Below are positions 13,122 to 26,700 of a stretch of DNA of 64,000 nt, in pieces (within the stretch, counting starts at the first letter, position 1; each line of letters starts with the position of its first letter). Under the pieces are notes generated by a model, which was given only the letters and a program-made list of their open reading frames with translations, was not told where the DNA came from and did not search any database. The translations under genes were made by a program, and so were the position numbers. The DNA comes from Raillietiella orientalis (Eukaryota): the NCBI GenBank assembly GCA_036172245.1, contig JAYWIR010000039.1:1488001-1552000 (forward strand). The letters are read 5' to 3'.

Positions 13122-16100
13122 AAAACAAGTATGTAGTGTGTCCCCCTCAAAATGAGTTTGAGTTGCTAGGATATGCTGCGATTGAGGAGAACTGCCTTTC
13201 CTCTTGTAGGCCGCTCTGCGTAAGTCTTGGTGATCAGCAGGAGGCAAAGTAGGTGCCGAGTCTCCCTTCCCGGCTTCTCCAAGCCCGGATTGCGACGAAT
13301 CCCTTCCCGTCTGCAGCTGGAAGCACCCAGGTCTTCCCGCTCTGAAACGCAGGATGCCTTTCGGGGCAAATTTGCTGATCCGATGCTGCTCCGATGCCGG
13401 AATTTTCACTGACCGTTCCTTCCCTGGAATTTTACGCGGATTCCTTGGTTTCACATCACGCAAAATTAAACTTAACGAATGGAGGCACTTGAAACATTAA
13501 TGAACTGTGGCAACATTTGTGAAACACTTGCTACTCTGCTAATTGCCTGCTCGTTACAATGCATTGTGATAATTCAGTCTCAGAAAAATAAAAAATAAAA
13601 AAAATTTCTTTCTCTAATTAACCTTTTCTTGTAGTTATTTGCTGCTCTGTTAGATTGCCTACCATGCTTTTCCTCTCTCTCTTTCTTTCTCTTTTGGGAA
13701 ATAATATAACTATATCCATATATAGATAGCTGCATAAATGAGAGATCATGAACTAGAATCCTGTAATTCCCTCATCTAATATTTGGTAGCAGAATCTTTA
13801 GTGATATCCTAAGTTTCGCCCGGAAGGCAAAATTCGGATTTAAAATTTATTCGCCGCTGATAGCCTATCTTTGCAAATTACTTTCGCATCCTATTTCAAC
13901 TCAACTCTAAATTTGTGCTTTTAGCTAGTAGGCATCCTAACTGCCATCCGAGTGAACGTCAAGAGTCGCTCATCCCTTAGTTTGACCTCTGCCACTCTAA
14001 ATTTAATGGTCTGCCTTACGAAGCTAACTACGAGATCACTTGATTCATAAAATGACCGAGAACAAATGGAATTATTCTTTCGCCACGATCTTCTGGAACG
14101 GCAGGACTGGAACAGTTGAGACTTCCCTCACTAAGGACAATGACGAGGACGACCTCAGCTCGCTGTCCTTTTCACACCACGGAACAAAAGCCTCTCGTCA
14201 AACGGTCACCGTGTAGCGCTCATTCCTCAACTTCACTCTGGTCTTCATTCCATGTTTTATGCAAACACATTTCACGAGAAACACCACCTATGGCTTCTGA
14301 AACACCCGATTTCCTCTAATCGTTTGATATTGAAATATCAATCAAATGAAAGAGGATAGTCTTTCGTCTGACACTCCCGAGTTCGTCTCATCTCATCTCA
14401 TTGACTTTTCATTGCAGCAAAATAAACAAACTTTTTTTCCCTCCAATACTCAAAGGATGGAACCATTTTATAGCTTTCTTAGACCAGACTAATAAAATCC
14501 AGTTGTTTGAAATTGAGGAAGCTTTTCCTGGCATCTTATTTCTTGCAAGCAAATGAGAGAATGGTAATTAGTGCGGGAAATCATACAAAGGCAAAAGGAA
14601 AAAGTTAAAAACAACGACCAGAAGTCAGTGAGGTACTGTTTAAGGTGTTTAAAAAAAACAACCATGGAATCTTCGTGTTTTTGAAATCTCCGTCCGTATC
14701 ATATCACAAGCAAAATTTGAAAGTTCAAGAATTCCTCATTATAATCCATTCTCGAACTGAACTGGGAAGGAAAAAAAAAAAAAAAAAACAGCTGCAAGAG
14801 TAAGCTGTTTAAGAAATTCGTCATTTACAAAAAAAAAATCAGATCATTGAAATTATTTGAAACTTATTTTTCGAGTGAAACAGAAGTGAAGCAAAATTCA
14901 AAAACAAAGCAGATGACGTTTCTGTTTTTTTTTTTTTTTTTTAACATATACGTAAACTTGTTACTGAACAAAATTAGATAATCACACCGCAACTGTATTT
15001 AATTGCCAAACGAAAATCCAGGATTGTTATTGGCACAGGAAAATGGTACTAGAAGAGAATGAAGCTGATCAGAGATCTACAACACAACACGGTCTAAATG
15101 AATGTAACTAAAGAGTGGGTAATAGCGAAGGAAAAAAAAAAAAACACGTGTGTGATCAGCTGCAGCAGTCATTAATTGGAAAGGGATACATTACGGTGTG
15201 AGAAAAAGTACTTCCAGGTGTCTGGAGCGGGAATCTGGAACAAAAAAGTTTTCATATAGTTTGATATGCATGTAAGGTATAAACAAGATAACCGAGATGC
15301 AAAACGGCATCAGCACAAGGATTATAAATTGCCAATGGGAAAATCATTTTAGAAATCGGTAATTCAACCGTTGTATGCTATACAGTTATATGAATACATT
15401 CCCTTCGGCATTGTAGTTGGACATGACGGTTGTTCTCCGTGAATTCGAGCTAAAGTGAACGCTGAAAGAACGTGGGCTCAAAGCATCGCCACGGCAGGAA
15501 CAGCAAGATGGTTGGACAGCAGTGCCAACCATCTTGCAGTGGTTGGCACACGGAACAGCTTGGCACCACTGGGGGCAACCACATCCTCCGAAGCTCAGGA
15601 ACGGGAAGAAACACACAAGGGGGTGACACGAACACACACGGATTTACTTACAAAAGGAATGGAATGAAGCAACAACGAAAAGCATGGAAACACGAAACTG
15701 CATTCGTTCGTTTTTGGTTCACAATCAAGTGTTCACATTGCAAGAGCCCTGACATCATCGCAAGAATCAAAACACTACCATGTGTTATAAGCCACTTTTG
15801 CATTAAAAAGGAAAGGAAGGAAGGAAGGAAACGCGTATGGGTTGAGAATATGTAAAGTGCACAGTTGGCATTGCGTATTTATTTATTACAGCTGACAGCC
15901 GTTTGCGCTTCCATCCAATGGTTTGGACAGAGTTTCAAAGTAAAGTTTTTCAGATTCCGTGTGTTTCCAAAATCGTCTTTCAAGTGAAGCTGCGTTATTA
16001 TTTCATCACGAGCTTGAATTGTTACTTCCTTGGTTTGGTAGATTCATCCCCATACCTCCAGGATCTGTAGGGACTCTGACCGAGTCCAGTATTCTTTTTA

Positions 16101-17632
16101 ATGCCAAAAATGAGTACCAAGCAATATTCCAAAGTATGGAGATTACATAGCTTAAAACATAGCACAATGAATTCGTTGTTATGAAAATCCATGTCGGAAA
16201 AAAAAATAAAAACTATTTTTGAGCGGTGCCATGAAGAGCAGAATGTTATGAACAGAAATCATTGCGAAGTGCACCGACACTGCAACAAGCAATGTGCCCT
16301 CAAAAATGGATTCTGCACTACTGGGAACACTCAGACACATCAGATCTTTACATTGACCTTCAGAGGCATTACATAAATTATTGTCGGGGACATGGAATCA
16401 AGGAGCCATCTTTACATAAATCTTCGATTCTTTTCTCTGATCGTTTTGGATACAAAAGTACATAAGGTTGCATTACTGTGTAGACAAAGGCACTTCAAGA
16501 TAGTTAAAGCCCAAGGCAAAACTTGTCCACTCCAAAGGAGTCCAATGCTGTATGGATTGCTGACATAGCAGTTGAAAGATTTTCACATAATCAGGAAACA
16601 CGTCTAGTGTCCCATATGCGGCTAGCTTGCACACGGTCCGCAGTGCATCCACAAATTAAGTTCGTTTGGAAAATGATTGGTTGGTAATGGAAAGTTTTCT
16701 TAAGCACCTTCAGCAACCAACAAAATGAGCCCAGTTGCAGCCATTTATCAACATCAGTTTTTACATCAAGCTTTAGAAGAAGAAAGCGATTAGCTTGCTT
16801 GTCTTGCAGTTTTAGACGATCAGTTTGTGAAAGGGATTCGGTGCAGTTTAGATGGATGCACGTAATACCCACAAGTGCAGGTGTACTTCCCCCCAGATTT
16901 CTCAAATCACCTCCAGAATATAAGTTCAAATTGTGCTGTTGTGTAAGTTACAGACTAAGTGCACAATGTTACTGGATTTGGCAATCCTATAACAAAAACC
17001 GTACGTAAATGCTCGTGCTGCATCTGCAGTTTGTAGCGGGTCTTAGATCTTTTAAGTATGTTGTTTGCAACTAAGTAAACTGGTATGCCTCAAAATGTTT
17101 GTGGTGTGTGTGCGTTGTTGGGATTTGGGCTTGATCGGAGTCCACGAAATAGTTAACTAGGAATGCTGGAGCATGCATTTAGCACCGATTGGCCAAGCAG
17201 CTAGTGCGATTTATATGCTATGGGGAAAATTATGAATACGGAGATGAAAAATAAGTTTTTTCTTGGATTTCTTTATTTCCACGATTCTCGTCGCTGTTTT
17301 ACATGAAAGTCTGGTTACAATGGAGTCAGAACAAGCCAGAATTTTCTACAAGTGAACATGCTACCGAATTTTCCCGATAATTATGTGCTGTATGGTTAAT
17401 GTATACATATTTATCCGATAATGCAAAGAGACTTTTCCATTTGGAATCCCTTGCTCTTTTTAAGGCAGATGCATATATAAATGTTGCAACTACAATATAA
17501 AAACAGCGGTTTGATATGGCATTCCGTATTTATTTTAACAATTGAATATACATTGCTTTTAAAAAAATCACTTTTACTAATAACAAAATGTAGCATCATA
17601 ATGCAATAAATATCAAAATAAATAATTTCAGT

Positions 17633-20600
17633 TTACAATTCTTCATGATCATGAACTGCTTCATCAGCCTCTGGTGTTTCTTCTTTGGTTTCTTTGGGTT
17701 CATCTACAAATTCTGGTTCCTCCTCAATCTATTAAAGACATTAAGCAATGCAAAAAATAAATACACCTAACCTCAGCATCTTCAGGAATACCCAGTGACC
17801 GACTCATTAACTTTTCAATGGTTTCAGAAAATTCCACCGTATCCTTAAGCATGTAGCCAGACCTCAGTGTTGCTAGTTAAATAAACTTTCTGTGATATCA
17901 GCATAACCAAAAATAGAAATACCTGTGCGAAATAGCATCAATGCAGTCTCTCTTGCAATTGGATCTCCTTTATCACTTTTCACTCGTGCTAATAATTCTT
18001 TAATCAAAGGATGCCTTGGGTTGATTTCCATGGTTTTTTTTTGATTCAGATAATAACTAAAAAAAAGTTGTTGCTACAGTGTTAGTTTCCTTAAGATAAG
18101 AGCTCAGATAACCAATACCAAATCTTTTGAAAATCCCCATGCATGCATTACTATACTCACTCTTTTTGAATATCTGTACTTTTGGCATGGGCTTGGGAAA
18201 CAATAATGCGTTGCAGGTTGCCACTCCATCCAAAGCGAGAAGTAATCAGAGCACATGGAGAAACAGTCAAACGCTCCCCTATTTCAGCCTTCAAAATCTA
18301 CCACCCAACAAAATAATAATAAAAAAAAAAAACACTCCACTCCCCCACACAAGCATTCCCATTCACCAGAGCAAAACAGACAAATGAATACCAAGAAAGT
18401 TGACATACTTGCGCATTATATCATCCTGTTTCTGGAATGCTTGAGAAACAGCCAATCTTTCCATATTTCCAGTCCACCCATATGCACTGGCAACCAATGC
18501 AGATGGTGAACCACTTAAACGATTAGAAATAATAGCTTTAGAAATCTACAGAGGAGAAAACCCACACCAGTAAGAGTAAGAGACTGCTTGCTTCTGGTAA
18601 TGAGAACACAGGCTAAATTTCTTACATGTTCCTTCAGAACATCTTCTTCTAGCCATGTTAACAGATCCTTGAAAGTAGCTGTCAAGTTCTCCAAATACTT
18701 TTTGGCAGAATCTCCTTCATCAAGTGTAAATCCCTCTTTAGCCACATTCTGGAATTTCTTTCCTTCGAATTCCGGAAGTGCTGACAAGCAATATTCATCA
18801 ATAGCCTCAGTCAGATACAACACTTCATAGCCCTTTTTCAAAAGACTTTCCACAAATGGCGATGTTTCCACCTATTTGAAAATGATGTGACGTTAATTAT
18901 ATTTTCAATTTACCTCTTTTCTGTTAGCTCCAGCCACATAATATATGTGCTCCTGTTTTGGCTTCATTCTTTCAACATATTGTGATAGAGATGTGAGCCC
19001 CACACCAGGAGCTGATGTACCAAAGCGAACAAGCTTAGCCAATCGATTTCGATTAGCAGGATCTTCAATGATGCCCAGTTTAATGCTATTATAAAAATTC
19101 AGTGAGTATATTGCATGTAGCACATGCTGAATGTATACCACTTACTTGGTTGAAAATTCTTTCCAGAACTGGCCATAAGTCTCTTCTGAAATTTTTTTCA
19201 ACATATCCAATATTTTACGTACAATTTTTTTTTTAATCACCTACAAACAGACACATTATCCATGAAAAAAAAAAAAAAAAAAAAAACAATACCTTTATTA
19301 GTTTGTGCTGTTGCAATGTCTCTCGGGATACATTAAGTGGTAAGTCATCAGAATCCACAACCCCTTTGATGAAGCTCAAATAATTTGGTAACATATCTTC
19401 AATATTATCAGTAATAAATACCCTCCGAACATACAACTGAATTTTCTTTAATATCAGTCCACTCAAGTGTGCAGCTAACCTTTATGCTATCTGTTTTTGT
19501 TCCATATTTCTGAAAACTTTCAGCAGGCTGAACTTGTGGTACAAACAGTAAAGCACGGAAAGTTACTTCTCCTTCTGCTACAAAATGGGATTTGGCAAGT
19601 GGATTACTATTATCTTTTGTTATAGATTTGTAGAAATTATTGTATTCTTCCTCATCAATTTCTGCAGGTCTGAAAATCATTCCCATTAAAACTAAGATAC
19701 CTTACAATCAAAATAAAAATACTTTCGTGTCCAGATTGGTTTCACACTATTCACTAATTCCCAATCCCAAAGTGTTTTTTGTACTTTGACAAGTTTTGGT
19801 TTCTTTTCTTCAATCTCTTCTTCAACCTTTGCATCTTCAGAAGTCTCTTCTGTAGATTTCAAATCTGCTTTTTCATCTTCCTTTTCGGCATCTTCTACAG
19901 GTTCTTCTTCTTCAACAGTCTACGTTACAATGTAAAATCAACAAACATGATATATTCCATACTTTACTGCTCCAAATATAAATTGGGAAATTGATAAACT
20001 GACTATATTTATGAATTAATGTTTTTAATGTATCAACTTCTAGAAAGTCATAGGCTTCTTCTTTCAAATGAAGGCTTATCTGTGTTCCCCTTTTCAGAGT
20101 GTTTCCTCTGGGATCTTCAACAATAGTAAAAGAGCTTGCATCTGATTCCCAGATATATTGGACATCATCATTATGTTTGGTTGTTACCACAACCCTATCC
20201 GATGCTAAAGGTTCACAACTTAGCAAAATCTCATAAAGCTGTTAGAACCTTACTTAGAAAAGAAGAATAGAATCCAACACCAAACTGTCCAATGAGATCA
20301 TTGAATTCTTCGGTATTTTCTACTTCCTGAAGTTTGTTTAAGAATTCAGCAGTTCCTGATCTTGCAATAGTTCCTAAATTGTTGATCAGTTCATTTTTCG
20401 TCATTCCAATGCCCGAGTCAGTTATATGCAAAATATGGTTTTCTTTATCAGCCTGATTTTTAAAGACACAGCCAATGACCATTAACGACCCACAATGACC
20501 ACTTGATTACTACTCACCTTAATGCGAATACTAAGATCAGGATTTGTGTCTAAAACTTCCTTGTTGGTTAAAGATAATAACCTTATTTTATCAAGAGCAT

Positions 20601-21241
20601 CAGAAGCATTGGAGATTAACTCCCTTAAATAAATCTAACACAAGACTTAGTAAATGGCAATTTATAATTTCCCATCTTATTACTTCTTTGTTGCGATATA
20701 AAGAATTGATGATAAGTTTCATCATTCGATTGACTTCAGCTTGAAATGCAAACTTTTCTGCCCTCGCCCTCAGCTCTTTTACTTCAGCAACACTGAGTCC
20801 ATCAAGTCGAATTGCCTCTTCTTCTCTTTTAAGAACTTCATCATCTGCACAACATTCATAAACCAACAATGCTAGCTGATGATTTCAACAAGGCTACCTG
20901 TTCTTGAACCCTCTCTACTTGCACCAATATCTGCATCGGCAGTTGGTACATCTGAAGTGCTGGCAGCTGAAACACATTTGGACTTTGAGGAATCTGATCC
21001 GACACGGCACATTTCTACAAACACCGGCACCCCAAATGCGAAGGCATCAACACCCATTCACGGGGGAAGAGCAAAAAAAAAAAAAAAACAGAATTCATCA
21101 AGAACATGGTCTTACTGTTTAAGACAAAGTATTCAGCACCTTGACACTTTGGTCAAAATGCAATTCCTAAATCGGGGGTCGTAAGTTAGCCTTACCTATT
21201 ACTGAAACACTGAAACAAACAATGAAGATAAGCTTCAACAT
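17633..21241 (-). CDS. HSP90B1: Endoplasmin / GRP94 / gp96 (ER Hsp90). Exons in minus-strand order: 21196-21241, 20898-20966, 20684-20844, 20518-20634, 20254-20452, 19963-20204, 19723-19919, 19480-19669, 19293-19436, 19146-19240, 18914-19085, 18626-18871, [18409-18545 OR 18161-18297], 17923-18056, 17772-17872, 17633-17728
   Basis: Kozak-like gcaccATG and hydrophobic signal peptide [16 protein letters not shown]. Motifs seen: [87 protein letters not shown]-terminal ER-retention-like HEEL*. All introns are GT-AG with consistent phases. Confidence 0.97.
18161..18297 (-). CDS. HSP90B1: Alternative (mutually exclusive) GRP94 exon 13B
   Basis: tag|ATTTTG...AAAGA|gtgagt, 137 nt and open. Encodes [45 protein letters not shown](D), collinear with exon 13A (18409-18545, also 137 nt, same phases). 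Confidence 0.9.
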
Positions 21242-21382
21242 GGTGCTGCAGACTAAACCACGATCTTCTGCTTAACCATGCGTCACCACGAAGACCCTGC
21301 ACAACAAACTCAAATTTTGACAGGGTCAGACCACCACATCTTTTAAACACCACAGTAAGACTACTACTACTCGAAAAGGCAG

Positions 21383-21401
21383 CCAATCACTTTTATACAC
21401 G
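21383..21401. promoter_or_regulatory. ERSE-like element upstream of GRP94
   Basis: CCAAT-CACTTTTAT-ACACG is CCAAT-N9-aCACG, one mismatch from the ERSE consensus CCAAT-N9-CCACG, ~150 bp upstream of the ATG. A second CCAAT lies at 21416-21420. Confidence 0.5.
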
Positions 21402-22959
21402 ATACGTTTAAAAAGCCAATGAAAAAAGCAATAGTACAATTACGTGTCGCACATGGAGCAGGAATGGAGTCGCGGCGCTTTTAAATCGACGTGCACCTCG
21501 TGAGCACCATTCTGTGGAGAAATTGCTGGTGCCACCGTGGAGCCGATTCTGCAGCCAGGAACCAGCGTTTGAGAGAGCGGGAAAAAAAAAAAAAAAAAAA
21601 ACGCGTTAAAAAGTTTGGTTGAGAATCCAGCGAAAGACCTGCACCCATGTCGAAGAGGTCATGTAAGGCAGTGCGGTATCGGAAACAACGAGGAATAGCA
21701 TTAATCCTTAAGGATCCTTAGGATACGGAACTTTCTACGGATTAAATTGAATTGGATTCCTAGGTGCATATGCTGTTGCTTCCATCGCAACCATTCCATC
21801 GCAACTCTTATATCCCTTCCTTAATTGTAAGACCACTAGTTATTGTGGAGAGTATAAAGAGGTTGATTTCCTGTTTACTTTCAAAGGAATTTTAAGGAAA
21901 ATCACTTCGAAGGTGATGTGCACTAGGAAAAACAAAGAGGTCAGAACCTGAAGGATAGAAAACATTCATTTGAAGAAAAAAAAAAAGCAGAGGGCTACTG
22001 AGGTTCATCGTTAAGATCTAACGAATTGCATTCTGGGAAAAGTAGATCATTAATGAGTTGTCAGGACGAGAAACTTCTAGCTTTCCACTTCTGTTCATCC
22101 GCAATCCGAAACTGAAGTAGCCACTTGTAATTTATAATTTGCTTCCTCTTATCTCTGCAGCTTTTGTACTCAGCAACAGAAAGAGCTTTGAGATTGAGGA
22201 GATAAAATCCACGAAGGAAAACAGCTGCCCTCTCAATCAAGGCGATGATCCAAATACTGTAGAAGTCAGTCTGTACGTGTACGTATTCTCTGTTTTTTCC
22301 TAATGGAGGAGACCTAGGCACCCATCGCGAAGAGTTGTATTCTGCAATGATGGACTCTTGAATCTGTTTCCTGGTGCATTCTTAGACACAGTCTCTCTAC
22401 TAGAATTTCAGGACTTTACAGGATGCACATCTAGATCAGAAACTTTAGTTTTCCTCGCTGACCTCTCCTGAAAGTTAGTCTATCCCATTTCTAATGTACC
22501 AGTGTCAAATTATTCGAAAGGTACTAAAAGATTCTAAAATCGACGATGCATGCTCTATTTTTATCTGACAAACGAAGTGTCTTTAGGAAAGCCTTCGAAA
22601 GAACCGCATTTCTTAGTTGCGCTAAGAATTTCCGGAAAATCTGATGTCATCCAAGGCCTCCACTTGATGTATTATACATTCCATTAATAGAGACATTCTC
22701 ATATTTAAGCTTTAGTTTTAAGCGGTTTTGAACGATAATTCTTCTTTTTTAAAAAAAACAAGAACAAAAAAAATGTATTTAATTATGGTACTATTTGTTG
22801 CAAAGTTAAAAATTATCGATTTATTTTCTCTGTGGTCCCATGACACTAACAGAAAATGTCAGGTATTAACTTATTCCCGTTTAGTAGGTTCTTTTTGAAT
22901 TGATATGACCTTAATTTGTAGATCTTCAATCTGTGCTTTTAAAAATTTTTACTAAAATA

Positions 22960-23700
22960 TTCAAAATGTGTTGGCAACCTTGCTGTGGGAAGCTATCGAA
23001 TAACACGTTGAAAGCTGCTTACTCTCAAAGTTCTTGATGAGTTGAGGGCAAATGCAGCAAATTCATCCGACAGTATCGCATCTCCCGTCACATACAGATT
23101 AATCAACAGTTTGTCTATGTTTATGACAGTCGTGCACAGCCCTTAGAGTCGAAGCAAATCGGAAAAAGTATTTTCTCTGGAGATTAATCGTCCTGCTGTT
23201 CTCCCGGACAGTGTTGCAGTTTCTTCACTTTCCTCTTTAATGTTTCTCGCCTAGGAACCTGCAACGATCATTTCCAGCTGTCTCAATTGCAAACTGGTTG
23301 TTCTGCGCTCTAAATACGATTTTACATGAAAGGAAGTTTCTCTGTTATTCTTGAGAATGATGAGGTGGTCTTTAGAATCGGAAGATAAGCAGTACTAAGC
23401 CATGTTTTCCACAGTATCCCTGATCCATGCTCTCCGCTGGATCTTCTTGGCAAAAGGAATGGGTGAAGCACAGACCTCGAAGGAAGAAGCTATTTTCTTC
23501 TTGTGTCAACGATTCCCTCGGCTCATTGCATACACTACGCAGTGGCAATGTCCCTCCCCTCCAGATGCTAGTCATCAGCAATTTCTTCCCAGGTGCTTCC
23601 ATTCCATGTTACTTCCTCCATAGAGTCTCTCTAGATAAAAAAGTATCCGTAGGTCGTTTAGAGGTTGATGGAAATACTCTCAATAAAGAACAATTTGCTG
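22960..23700 (+). mobile_element. Possible very decayed LINE reverse transcriptase remnant
   Basis: GSYRITR*KLLTLKVLDEL resembles the YRPIxLLNxDYKILxK motif. Downstream motifs are only vaguely similar and the region has many stops and frameshifts. Confidence 0.25.
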
Positions 23701-26700
23701 CAAGAGAGCGAGATACAGCATGCTTGGAGAAAGAGAGAACGTGATTGCCCATTTCTACTTGTTTCTTGCGTTTTCATGCAATTTCTGTCACTCAAGTCGT
23801 GCGAATTTTGTTTAGAGAGAGGGAGAGAGAGAGAGAAAGAAAGAAAGAAAGATGCAGCTGTGAGTGAGTAAATGGACTTAGTGAGAGAATCGTAGTAATC
23901 TGCTGAAAAATCGTATAAGATACTTCTTCAGAAAATCTAATTGCTTTCTTTTATACAAAAGCTAGAAATTTCACTTTGCTGCAAATGGAAAGTTGCCAAC
24001 TAAATAAGCCCCAAAAATATCCCACCTAAAGACATCCATGGACCCCCTTCTATGTTACAGAGCCTGAAGTTCAGTGCTCTTTGCATGGCTCCGGCTGTTT
24101 TCCGACCACTGGATTTCTTCAAACCACATCATTGTTCATTCAGGAATATTTCTAAAGGTATACGCAACCTTCAACCAATCATTCAGGATCCTGCTTTCAA
24201 AATCTCACGTCAACATGCTGTCTTACAAAAGGAAGAAGTTTTAGATCCCTAGTAGCTCGAGAGAATCATGTAGTTTAAACGTGTGTGTGACACCTCCAAT
24301 CATCATTTACTGATACACTCTTTGATCTGCTAGCTATCCTCACGGTTGATCCTTCTTTCGAACTGCATCGATGTGAATAGCCATTACTTACCCTGAAAAG
24401 CAATTACTTCAAAATAGAAAAAAACCTGCCAAATAGAAATGAAGTGAAATTAGTACCAGAAATGAAAATCTCATCTACTACATCTTACTGATACTGGCAT
24501 CGTAAATACCTTACCCTTTTTGCAGTTAAAGGCATGACCAAAGAGATGCTGATGTATTAAATGGAATAAATACAAATGTAATTGCAATGAATGCCGTACT
24601 CTAGAAAGCAGCATCAATGGAGCAGATGAAGTTTAAAAAATCCTGATAGAAAAATACTAATGTCAAGGAAATATTGCAAAATCTCTGTCACTCCTTCTTC
24701 CAATATTATTACTCTAAATTTTACAACTTGATTCGGTGGCTGTCTTCAAGAAAGCATAGTTACTCCGCTTCCAATTTTATTTTATTTTTTTTAAAGCTTT
24801 ATTTAGTAACGATCTCTGAGGATCTATCCAATAGCCGGATGTCTGCCTCCTTTCGAGCTTCAAAAATCGCACGAATTTGGGCTCACAGAGGTAAATGCTG
24901 TAGAGTTCGACTAATGATGAAAGATGTAAGGTGAATGTCATATTCGTTCATTTGTGAGCCACCTATTCTGAACCTTCAGTCAATATCCAGTTTACCCTTA
25001 ATCCATTATCTTGATTTGATCTGCAATCTCCAAAGTTTAGCGAAAGATGAGTGCTTGTAGGCGTTTAATAGATGTATATGGAAGCTTTCTGTTAAATTAT
25101 TCAGAGTATCTCTTCAGACAGCAAAGGAACGATCTCTAATAGAAAGGAAAGCATACTAACGGTTTTCAAGACCAGTGCTAGGTCAGGTAGGATAAGTTTA
25201 GAAAAAAGGAAAAACAGGTTTGCCAATTTGATCAGGTTTGGCAAGCAGTTATCGGGGGCTACATGGTTATCGTGAAACACAATTCGGAATACGAATAAGG
25301 ATGTGCATGTGAAGATTATCAGTCTTCTTCTTAGTATTTCTGTACCTGCAAAAATATAAAAAGATATAACCACTTACAAGAGTCTCATCGGGCGCAATAA
25401 AGTAAGTGCAGTCATTTTACATTTACCACGGGTAAATGTGTCATCGAAAACTGAAGAGAATAATAATAATAATAAAAAATGCGTTTATCCAAAGTTTGTC
25501 AGTTCTAAAATTTTGTTCAGTGTCTTAAATCTCTATGATCAGAAAGAAAGGGACAAAAGTAGTGATCTACGATGGTTTAAGGAAAAAATGCTAACGCGTG
25601 CGTTTGATTTGTAGCAAAGGGAATTAAGGATTGGAGTTTGCAAAAGAAAGTGAAAATTGTTGCCAACGACAGTCCACTGATACAAAAAGAGGAGGCCATC
25701 TAGCGATCAAACATCACAGTCTTGATCACAATACTTCCTTAATGTGGAAGCAGGAGAAAAAATGGTTCCAAATACTACAATAAATTTGTCCATTGTCAAA
25801 ATAGTAGCAAGCTTTATCACACATTTCTTCTTGTACACATTGTACGTGCATCCCGCTGTAAATTATGTGCATCGCCTTCACGATAGAGTTGTATTTGGTT
25901 GCGTCGAGCACGATGGTTTCTCTTTACCAAATATTTGTCGGTCAAAGAATAGTAATTCTCTTTCATGTTTTCGATACTGACTTTAATGGAAACTAAAATT
26001 CTCAAGATTGGAATGTTCGTTTGTAAATTAGCGAGTATATTCTAAGCGATAAAAGACGTCCAACCTGCAAGTGAATTACGCTCGAAAGAAAGACAATATG
26101 CGGAGACGAAAATCCTATTCAGGAAGACTATCGGAGCTAAGAACGATGAGATCAACCATGTCTAAAGAGTAATAAATCGAGTTTAAATATTGACGAATGA
26201 CATGGTTTGCCTGAATGTTAAAAGCAGTTTTATTCCGATTGCCGTTACGAGAACTTTTAAATAAAAATATATCAATATACCTGGAACGGAGTCTTTCTAT
26301 ATTGATAGTGATGGCACGAGAAACATGGATTCCATTCCATTAAGTGGCCTTATTAAATTCAAGGATAGCCAAAAACTGTAATTGACATTTTTTCCTCTCT
26401 CTTGTTTAACTTCTCTCATAACAGCTATTTTTTTTTTTTTTTTTTGCAAGCATGGCAACATCATTTCCAAATTTACTTTATCTATTCTTATTATCGGTTA
26501 AAGAGCATGAAACGAAAAAATAAAAAAAAATGACAACACTGGTCGCCTGTTGGGATAGTTCTTCTACAAAAAAAAAAAAGCCTTCTTAAAAAAGTTTTTA
26601 ACTTCTACAAAAATTGGACCCAAATTTCTTTTGTTAATGCAATGAAGCTATGTTGAAGCACATAAACTGTGGGTTACGTAGTTTATCCACAAAATACTTT

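Noticed and set aside
6800..14400. Many 60-170 aa ORFs between Hey and GRP94
   Set aside because: They run through microsatellites and homopolymers and have no recognisable domain or splice-consistent structure. Some GC-rich patches (8500-9060, 11550-11900, 13150-13450) may be decayed TE ORF1 sequence, but I cannot support a call.
15850..17050. Coding-like composition downstream of GRP94
   Set aside because: Stops in all frames and no motif I can identify.
20872..21057. ORF-track start MGVDAFAF... as the GRP94 N-terminus
   Set aside because: A better signal-peptide exon with Kozak context (21196-21241) splices in phase to 20966.
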